Source: Candidatus Latescibacterota bacterium
GTDB taxonomy: Bacteria > Latescibacterota > UBA2968
Assembly: GCA_965198115.1 (NCBI GenBank)
Contig: OZ240241.1
Location: 4,768,001-4,832,000, forward strand
Direction of reading: 5' to 3'
Length of the DNA: 64,000 nt
Below are positions 54,088 to 64,000 of the stretch, one piece after another (the stretch's first letter is position 1; every line of letters begins with the position of its first letter). Both the position numbers and the translations under genes were made by a program. The notes under the pieces are model-generated. The model had not been told where the DNA came from. It saw only the letters and a list, made by a program, of their open reading frames with translations, and did no database searches.

Positions 54088-55461
54088 GAGCTCAGGTCAA
54101 TAGGTGTGTAAAAGAAATCAGGCGGCCATCTTCCCGGCTTCGACCTGCGGTCCGGTTGAGTGTTTCTGATCGTAGACTTGTTGTAGCAAGTGTGGCGCGG
54201 TGAGTTTCCTGAATCGGCTCTCTGCGACCTTGAGCGTACGCCAGATGAGAGTCGTGGCGTTCCTGACTTTCTTGAATCGCCTGGCGGCGTTTGTGCGAAG
54301 CCGAACGGAAGCAAAGGGGCTCTCGACGACGTTCGTGGTTCTCAGGTGTTTCCAGTGTTCCTTCGGGAAGTCGTAGAACGTGACCATCCGATCCCAGTCT
54401 CTTTCGAGCGTCTCCACGGCGGCAGGGAACTGTGAGCGATACCGTGCGGCAAAGCGTTTCCGGAGCTTCTCGGCCTCCTTTTTCGTGCCGGCATAGGGGA
54501 TCTGGACGAGCAGTGCGCGGGCTTCAGCCTGTGCACGCTTGGCGACCTTGTCGAGCACGTTGAGGATCTTGTGGTTCCAGCACCGTTGTTGCCGGCTCTC
54601 TGGCCAGACCTGATCAACGGCCGCCCAGATGCCCATATTCCCGTCCGCGGCGATCAGGACAGGATGTTCGAGCCCGCGATCCCGGAGATCCCGGAGCACC
54701 GTGAGCCAGGATTCTGTAGACTCTCGATAACCGGGTTCTATCGCCAGGATCTCCTTGCTGCCGTCGCTCATCGCGCCGATCACGACCAGCAGACACGCCT
54801 TCTCGCGCTCGAGCCCGGCTTTGACGTAGATGCCATCAGCCCAGGCGTAGACCAGTTCGCGATTATCCAGACGCCTTTCTTTCCAGTCCTGGAAGTCGAC
54901 CTCCCACTTCCCTCGAAGACGAGCGATCGAGGTCGGCGAAAGCGGCGCGCCATCACCGAGCAGCGCACGCAAAGACAACTCGAAGTCGCCCTGGGAGAGA
55001 CCGTGGAGATAAAGGTCGGGAAGCAGATCTCCAATGGCCCTGGTTCTCCGGGCGAACAGGGGGAGGATGCGGCTTTCAAACCGCTCTTCCAGACCACGAA
55101 CCCGGGGACGCCGGACCTTGATCGTTCCGCAGCTCGTCGAGAGACGCCGGGGCTTGCCGTAGCCGTTCCTGTAGCCCCTGGAGCTATCGACCTCGGCTCG
55201 GCGCTCATACCACGACCGGCCCAAGAACGCGGTCGCCTCCTCCTCCAGAATGGACTGGAACCGGCCCTGGATCTCTTCACGGATCCAATCGTCAACCGTC
55301 TCCCACGTCGGCATGGACTTCAATGGGGCTCTATGCGTATGTTCCTTCACGGCGATCCTCCTTCCCAACCGGGCCTCTCACCCGGTTTTGTGTGAATCAA
55401 CTATCTCACGGGAAGGGTAGGGTCGCCCTTTCTCTTTTTCCACACCTTTTGATTATAGCTC
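54088..55461 (-). mobile_element. IS256 copy 4 (transposase 54118-55368), abutting the aceE start codon
   Basis: Near-identical to the other copies. Confidence 0.95.
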
Positions 55462-55631
55462 CGGAGAAAGCTACCGTACGCCAAAACCACTACCCAAAAC
55501 ACCCAAAAAGACGCTTGGAAAGGAGGATCGAAAACCCTAAATACACACCCCGTCCGAGACCCTGAAATCGCCACTTCTAAGGGGCTCCATTAGGCCGATC
55601 ATGACTGGCCTCATTAGGGCGATCATTGACA
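55462..55631 (+). mobile_element. IS21 family remnant (istB 3' end and right end)
   Basis: GESYR IstB C-terminal motif; repeated CATTAGG(C/G)CGATCAT motif; ends in TGACA. Confidence 0.65.
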
Positions 55632-55957
55632 AGGGTCATGGTTTTCTGGCAATGTGCGTTGCGAGGCAAAGGAAAGCTTGCAGAGAATCTTATTCTCACC
55701 GAAGCTGACAACTTGGCTAGTCTCTTCCGTGCCCTGTGGCGAAATACGGGGGAATCGGGCCGTCGAAAAATGCAAGTAGATCTGCCCATAGATACTCTTC
55801 AATATACTTGACATGTACTACTAAGTCAGGTATCGGTCAAGACGTAGCAACGCGGGATTCTGGCCCACGGCACGAACAAGAAGTCTGCATCGTATTGTGA
55901 ACTCGGAGGATTTTGACTATGTCCGGCACCCTCCTCTTTCCCAAAAAGAGTAGCGAA

Positions 55958-56268
55958 TGTCCGGCGTCAACCATTCTTCCCGCCGGCGACAATTAGAATT
56001 CCCGTTGGATTATCGTAGGCCAGCCCAGTAACCGGCCGTCCACCTTTGTGGGCAGCCGAGTCCGGTCGAACGTGTCCAGGTTCTTTTCCAGGGGGAGACG
56101 AGACTCCCGGAGCAGCCGCTGGATCCGATTGTGGGCGCGTGTCTCGCACCTGTGCATCCGTGACCATCTAACCTCCCATCACAACAAGGGGTTAGATAGC
56201 CTACGGCCATCCCCGCAAAACGGGAATTATGGTTGTCGTCAGGTGGGAGTTCTAATTGTCGCTAATCA
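55958..56268 (-). mobile_element. internally deleted mini-IS21 with both ends
   Basis: TG...CA ends with reiterated CGACAATTAGAA(C/T)TCCC motifs; IstA-like start MVTDAQVR joined to an IstB-like RIQRLLRESRLPLEKNLDTFD fragment. Confidence 0.7.
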
Positions 56269-56276
56269 CGTGCTGC

Positions 56277-57579
<1,303 letters not shown>

Positions 57580-60178
57580 GCTTTGTCCAAACCTCCTTCC
57601 GCAAACAGGTCCTGTCGGCGGCGGTGACAGTCAGGTTGACAGCGAAACCTATCCAGTGGCGGATGAGATCTCACTCCGGTGGTACGAAGGGATTGGCCGG
57701 GAAGCGGGCCAAGAACGATGGGCCTTTGCATTCAGCGCGAAGAAACGGTGGAAGCCGAAAGTCGAGCAGGATGTGGAAAAGATCGCCGCGACCAACCGCA
57801 GCTACGTCCTGGCTTACTTCATCACAAACCAGTACGTGCGGGACAAGGCACGGGCAACTACTGAGGATGCTAACAGCGATGCATAGCATCCCGGTCCGGA
57901 TCATCAACAGAACTTGGCTCTTGGATGCCGTCTATGACGGTGATTTGCTCGATCTCGCCATCCAAACACTGGGCCTTACCGACTACGATGAAGTCTCGCA
58001 GAAGAGCCTAGGTGGTCACGATGCACAGCGAGAACGCGAACTCACCGAACTCGATCAACAGATCTCCGACCCGGCGCGGTATCAAGGAGTGAGATACCAA
58101 CTAGCGGAGGACTGCCTCAGAAGTGCCGTTCTTGCACGAGGTCTTGAACGATCTCGCACTGAGATAGACGGAAGGCTTTCGAGAGCCGAGATTGTCGCCC
58201 AAGAAGTTGGCATGATCAACAGCGACTTCGTGTCGCATACGCAGTGGCCTGGACAGCCTTCTGGTGGTATGAAGATTATGACCTGCTCAACCAGTCTTAC
58301 TCTGATGTAGAGTGCTTCGCTATCAACAGCACGCAAGCGGCCGATCTGCAATTGCTGACCAACGTATGGCAGATCCTCACCACTTCTGTCAGGGCAGGAA
58401 AGCTGACGGAAGATACCGCAGACCATGGTGCACGAACGACTCGTCTGCGCAAAGAGCTTCAACGGCTCGCCAGCGACTCCTCGCGTCCCAATAGTGCCCT
58501 GCAAGCAAGAACCGACCTCCTCCTGGTGGACCTCGAAGGGGCTGCAAGTGAAGGTAGAGACATTGATCAGATTCTGGCCGGTCTGCAGGAAGTCCTGCAG
58601 GAATCAGAGAATTTGGCCTCATATCGTGTTGAACCTCTGATCGAGCTAGTCCACGTGTTCGGGGAGAACCTTGGGGAGAACGAAGCCTACGATGCTCTCT
58701 TTGAGAGCGCTGTGGAACTCGCCGAACGCAGGGCAAGCCGCGGTACAGTTGGATTAGCACTCCTTACGCGAGGCCACCAAAAACTCCAGGCTGATAAGGC
58801 TTACGATGCAATTCGGCTCTTTGGGTGCGCTCAGCCGCTCTTGGCTCTCCACGAGTACCGCTCCGAGTTCATCACTGTCCTGGGAGGATGCGGGCAGGCC
58901 TACGAGCGAGCAGGGCTGCTCTGGGCAGCGCGAGCAAACCTCATCCTCGCCGCGAATCAGGCGCTAGCAGAGCACTGGGAGCACGGCACGGTTACCCCCC
59001 TTGCTCTCTTGTGCGTCCAGAAACTGATCTGGCTTGAGCTACAGCTCGGAAGGGTTCCGTCGGTCCTCGAATGGATGGAACTCGCGGGCCTCCTAGCTGC
59101 GCGAGTCTTGATGACGAGCGGAAGGCCGGATTCGTTAAAGAGCGGCAGACCCAGGATATAATCCTCGGGATACTCCTGCCCGAGACAGATCACTGGGAGC
59201 TCAAATGGCTCGATGCACTTCCATCATCACTGGATCATCTGGGTCTCATCTACTCGTGGATGGCGACTCTCTATGCCCTCGGCCATGAAGACCACCTCCG
59301 CGCAGAGGGTGCAATCCCTGCCGAAGAAGCAGATTCTGATGTTGAGGGGTTCTTCCAAGAATGGACTCAACAGCCAGCGAGGAGCGATCTCCCGGACAAG
59401 CCCGAGTTCCACAACGAGTCGTCCCTTTCGTTCCGATCGTACGTTCTCGGCTGCGAGGTGATCATTGAATCACGAAACGACCCGAGCTCAATCCAGCTGG
59501 CTGAGGTCATCCTTGGGTCCCTTGAGGCCTTCCTTGCGACGGCTCCCGCGGACAGGATCATCCCACACAAGCCTGAACTCGTGGTCAAGATAAAAAGCTC
59601 GGCTTTCTCTGCCCAGATACCTGAGTTCAAGCTCTCGGGCCCTTACGAGGACCCCCACTTCGAGGTCCTGCATCCGACACCACTCCGCCTCTCACCACCG
59701 AAGGATAACGAAGCGTTCCAGAAGTGGCTCCTAGAATTTCTCGCAAGCCTGGTCGCTCACATCGCGATCATTCCTGAGCCTGAGAAATACTTCGAGCGTT
59801 TTGCTCGGGACGAGGCTGGTGTGGAGAGGGCCCTCTCACTTTCGGGCGCACCGGTAGCTCTTGCCAACATCCTCGGAGAGAAGCGAAAGATGACACTCTC
59901 CGATTGGGATCAGGTGGGAGGGCCGGACCGGTATCCCCTCCAACGCGATGTAGCCTGGGATGCCCGACTGAAGAAGTCCAAAGAGAAAGCGGCTGACCGA
60001 ACTATTCGAGCCGGACAGGGAGACCCGCCCCCGGAGCTCTTCGGGGTTGACAGCCTCAAACACAAACACATGCGTGTCCTCTCACTCATCGATATACGGC
60101 TCTGGGATAAGGCTGGGTGGAAGGCAACCTATTATCTGTGGTCGCCTGACCCTGGAGTCACACCGGGACTGGCACTAG

Positions 60179-61807
60179 CCTGAATCATGCATGAATTTGA
60201 GTTTAGGTTGTTTTGGAGTGATGTGATCACGCACAGGATTTGTTCTCGGCTTCTTCGGATGTCCAAGGTCCCGTAAGCGGTCTCTACGAGTCGCAAGAGT
60301 CACGATTTTCGTCCGGAACAGGTGTTGTTTTGCGACGTGTACATAGCTGTCCCCGGTATAGATCGGCGTTGTTACTGCGTGTTCGTTTCGAGCCTGGTGA
60401 TGATTGACACCAAGACGTTTTTGAGTGGATACGATGTTGGAAAATGGAATCGGATTCTTCGTGCGCTTTCAATGACTCTCGCGCCGATTTTGAGGAAACG
60501 GTTCTGTATCGTGTTGACCTGAGGTTTGGTCCACGCGGTGCCCTTGAGTCCCTGTGATCGGAGTGCGTGAAGCAAGGCGTATGCAGCACTGTGTAGAAAG
60601 AGTCGGAACTGGTTGGCTTCAAACTTGTGGCACGATGTTCGATCGGAGTGAAGGAATGTTTTGTGGTCCTTGATGAAGCCTTCCGTGCGTCCCCTTGCGC
60701 AGTAGATACGATCATAGATAAAGCCGTCTCGATTACTCTGTAAATTGGTCACGCGGTATCTTGGATTTGCTTCGCCGTTTGTGACTTCAGCCTTGTGAAT
60801 GATCCGGCGAGGCTGCCGGTAGGTGCCAGCCTGATATGAGAAGGATGAGAACAAGCGAATCGTCTCCTTATGCTCGCTCAGACGTAGCGCTTGGTCCATC
60901 AGGTTTTGTCCAGCCGCTTTGAGCTTGGAGTTGGCGCCCTGGCCCAGAACGTAGTAGATACCGTTGTCTTCGCAGAAATCGTGCATCTCTGGTGAGCTGA
61001 ACTTTGAGTCTGCGCGAACGATGATCTCCACGTTTGGCCAAGATCCGCGTAGGTGTTCCACCAAGCGCTTGAGAATAGAAACGACCTGTTTACCGTTCGT
61101 CGGATGCCCGGGTCTCAAGATCGTCGTAATGAGCTTGCCGCTTTGGCCTTCATAGATATGTAGCGGCATATAGCAGTGTTCATTGTAATACGCGTTGAAG
61201 AGTGAAAATTGTTGCGCACCGTGCGTTGGGTCATCCGTGTCGTCGATATCGAGAATGATGCTTGGGGGTGCCTGGTCATACGATGCGATGAACCCGTCTA
61301 CAAAAGCCCGTGCGAGCCGATACAAATCCGAGCGTCGCACATCATTCTCAAGTCGTGTCATCGTTGATTGGCTCCCGAGATCAGGACCGGAAAGAGGAAG
61401 CCGATCGCAGGCAGCCTTGACGCCCGGATCGTGGCGCAAATCATCACAATCGACGGCATCTTCATAGCCGCAAGCGATCTGAAAAACACGCTGCTTCACA
61501 AGATCCAAAAGCGTGTGATCGATATAGCTTGGGTGACGACGATCTCGCAAAGCATCTACCATTCTGGCGATCAATCCCATCTGAGACTCAAGGGCGCGAA
61601 GCAACAGAACTCCACCGTCACTCCTGACGGCGCCACCGGCAAAATAAGCCTCAACTACCTTGCCCGAAATGCTTGCGAATGGTAACCGGATCTGACTAGG
61701 TTCTATCACGGTAGTTCCTTCCAAGTGTTGTTTTGATGTGTCAGCCCTAATGTAGGGAAAAACAAACACTTGTACAAGGAGACTACCTTTTTTATGCATA
61801 ATTCAGG
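60179..61807 (-). mobile_element. IS1380 family element (transposase ORF 60372-61799)
   Basis: CCTGAAT(C/T)ATGCAT TIRs; CTAG TSD; SDGGVLLL, LDIDDTDD, VRADS. Confidence 0.93.
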
Positions 61808-62011
61808 CTAGCGTTCACGAACACCGAGGCAGCTGAAGCCATCTTTAGGGGATTGCGCCAACAAATCGGAGAGGTGGACCATGAGGACAAACTCCGCCTC
61901 TCCATTGTCACAGGAGTGGACAAGACTCAACCGTTGAGCTACAAAGTCCTCGTGGGCACCAATGTGGATAGCTACCCACTCGATCCTTCGATCACACGGC
62001 GTGCGTGTAAC

Positions 62012-62648
62012 TAAACCTTGGTAAGCCCCCGGCTCTGCCGGGGAGACTCCCAGAGTTTGACAGTTCCAGAAATATGTAAGAGCCTCCCTTGCCGTGGACC
62101 GCTCAAAGCACACGGAAGGAAGGCTCTCTAATGAACAACGTAAGGAGTCTACATCACACGGTATGGGAGTGCAAGTATGACGTTGTTTGGGTTCGGAAGT
62201 ATCGTAGAAAAGTGTTGTATGGTGAAATTCGTCGCTATCTGGGCGAGGTGATTCGGGATCTGGCCGCACAGAAGGAATGCCGTGTGGAAGAGGGTCACCT
62301 GCGATCCGACCATGTGCACACGCTGATTTCGATCCCGCCGAAGCACTCAGTAGCTCAGACGGTAGGGTTCATCAAAGGAAAGAGTGCGATTCACATTGCT
62401 CGGAACTATCTGGGACGCAGGTCGAACTTCACCGGGCAGCATTTCTGGGCAAGAGGCTACTGGGTCTCCACCGTTGGCAAGGATGAACAGACGGTTCGGG
62501 AGTATATCCAGAACCAGGAGCGGGAGGACCGGCGTCTCGACCAGCTCAACATTTTCAGGTAATCGCCACCTTTAGGTGGCGCTTGGTTTCCAACCGCTTT
62601 GAGCGGTTCACAAGTTTTCAAGCCTCCGGCTTTGCCGGAGGTCATGAC
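62012..62648 (+). mobile_element. tnpA: IS200 copy 3, intact tnpA 62131-62562
   Basis: TAAC target; uninterrupted ORF; both end hairpins present. Confidence 0.95.
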
Positions 62649-63170
62649 TAAACCTTGGTAAGCCCCCGGCTCTGCCGGGGAGACTCCCAGAGTTTGACAG
62701 TTCCAGAAATATGTAAGAGCCTCCCTTGCCGTGGACCGCTCAAAGCACACGGAAGGAAGGCTCTCTAATGAACAACGTAAGGAGTCTACGTCACACGGTA
62801 TGGGAGTGCAAGTATGACGTTGTTTGGGTTCGGAAGTATCGTAGAAAAGTGTTGTATGGTGAAATTCGTCGCTATCTGGGAGGTGATTCGGGATCTGGCC
62901 GCACAGAAGGAATGCCGTGTGGAAGAGGGTCACCTGCGATCCGACCATGTGCACACGTTGATTTCGATCCCGCCGAAGCACTCAGTAGCTCAGACGGTAG
63001 GGTTCATCAAAGGAAAGAGTGCGATTCACATTGCTCGGAACTATCTGGGACGCAGGTCGAACTTCACCGGGCAGCATTTCTGGGCAAGAGGCTACTGGGT
63101 CTCCACCGTTGGCAAGGATGAACAGACGGTTCGGGAGTATATCCAGAACCAGGAGCGGGAGGACCGGCGT
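62649..63170 (+). mobile_element. tnpA: IS200 copy 4, tandem, frameshifted, right end deleted
   Basis: Starts immediately after the TGAC of copy 3; same 2-bp deletion as copy 1. Confidence 0.93.
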
Positions 63171-63699
63171 ATTCTCAAGAAGCAGATCAGCGTCAGGCCG
63201 GCGTGGCAGATTGGAGTCAACGACTACGATCTTGCGGCGCTCGACCCAGCAGACGAGATAATCGTTCCAGACGATGTAGACGACGCGCCTGCTCTCGTCG
63301 CTCTTGAGCAGATAAAGGACCGGAGACGGAGCACATAAGCCGTTGGTGACCCACCTATGTACAGGTCGTACTTGGAATTCTGGATCGACTACGGCTTGAT
63401 CTGTCTCCGGCCAAGACTCACGCCGCCCAGGGGAGGGCCATGATGACGTCCGGGACTATCGCATCACTGGCGTCATGAGAGATCTCCCCAAGTGCACGAT
63501 TGCACCCCGAATCGTGGATAATCCGCACGGGAGTGGGCGATCGAGGTGTTTTGATCGAAAAGAAGTGTTTGACGGTCTCAATTGCCGATACTTAACATAC
63601 GCCTAAGAACATGGGGGCAGGACCGAGGATTGTCTGCGGGGATGATCTGGGCCGGCCCTCTTTGTGTTGGCGGGCACACTTTACTCTGAGGCAGACACA

Positions 63700-63894
63700 A
63701 TGGCTGCTGATCGATTTCGTTTGATAGGTCGGGGGATGTACACGATCCCCGAGGCATCTCGCCTGACCGTATCTCTCTGGCGAGAATATCGCGGTGGAGC
63801 AAAGGGTACTTCTACACATACAAGAGGGAGAGAATACGAATGGATCCTATTCTCGCTCTGGACTATGAATCTGAAGATGGAGAGTGGACCCTAA
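63700..63894 (+). pseudogene. N-terminus of an HTH/DUF433-type antitoxin-like gene, truncated by ISAzo13
   Basis: LIGRGMYTIPEASRLT...RISRWSKGY across a frameshift. Confidence 0.45.
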
Positions 63895-64000
63895 GGGTTC
63901 GCGAATAAATAAACGGTCGATCTCAATGTTGAGCCATTGGCCGGATCGTGTAGTTCCAGTCGCCGTGGAAATCGTGCGGAGTGAGATCGATTTGGGTCAT
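63895..64000 (-). mobile_element. ISAzo13 copy 2 (3' end, runs off window)
   Basis: Reverse complement of 24796-24901. Confidence 0.92.

Larger units (their letters stand above)
57580..63338 (+). pseudogene. large nuclease-like/helical-repeat protein, fragmented by IS3, IS1380, tandem IS200 and frameshifts
   Basis: Collinear fragments at 57580-60178, 61808-62011 and 63171-63338; GLALA|FTNTEAA rejoins in frame across the IS1380; N-terminal GGGDSQVDSE...FAFSAKK. Confidence 0.7.

Noticed and set aside
62562-62700. TnpB/IscB RNA-guided nuclease or CRISPR-like array associated with IS200
   Set aside because: The elements are tnpA-only (about 637 bp); the hairpins are IS end structures; no repeat-spacer array or cas genes anywhere in the window

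Overview
Bacterial chromosome window, GC-rich, with catabolic genes (Gfo/Idh/MocA, aldo/keto reductases, PhyH and TauD dioxygenases, SDR, enolase superfamily, CehA/McbA-like hydrolase, mddA, aceE-type E1 plus prpC). The gene repertoire resembles marine Latescibacterota/PVC-like bacteria, but this is inference only. From about 14 kb onward the region is heavily colonised by insertion sequences. I delimited 18 elements or remnants from 8 families (IS200/IS605, IS630, ISAzo13, IS256, IS1595, IS21, IS3, IS1380), covering roughly 19 kb, with nesting, adjacent deletions and many pseudogenes. Highlights: (1) a 547-codon UGSC-type selenoprotein split by the ORF caller, with an in-frame TGA in a U-S-T-C motif and a SECIS-like hairpin; (2) an intact 2.9-kb IS1595 carrying a Pycsar-effector-like membrane protein, an antisense Pro-rich micro-peptide and two copies of a 'DTPE' mini-ORF, suggesting cassette-like cargo accretion; (3) an IS256 whose copies replace target DNA without target-site duplications, mostly inside other IS; (4) an IS200 sitting scarlessly after codon 3 of mddA and also forming a head-to-tail dimer; (5) a tail-anchored [D/E]RR-repeat protein; (6) short palindromic elements inserted in frame into proteins. 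All family assignments are from motif recognition, with no database searches.
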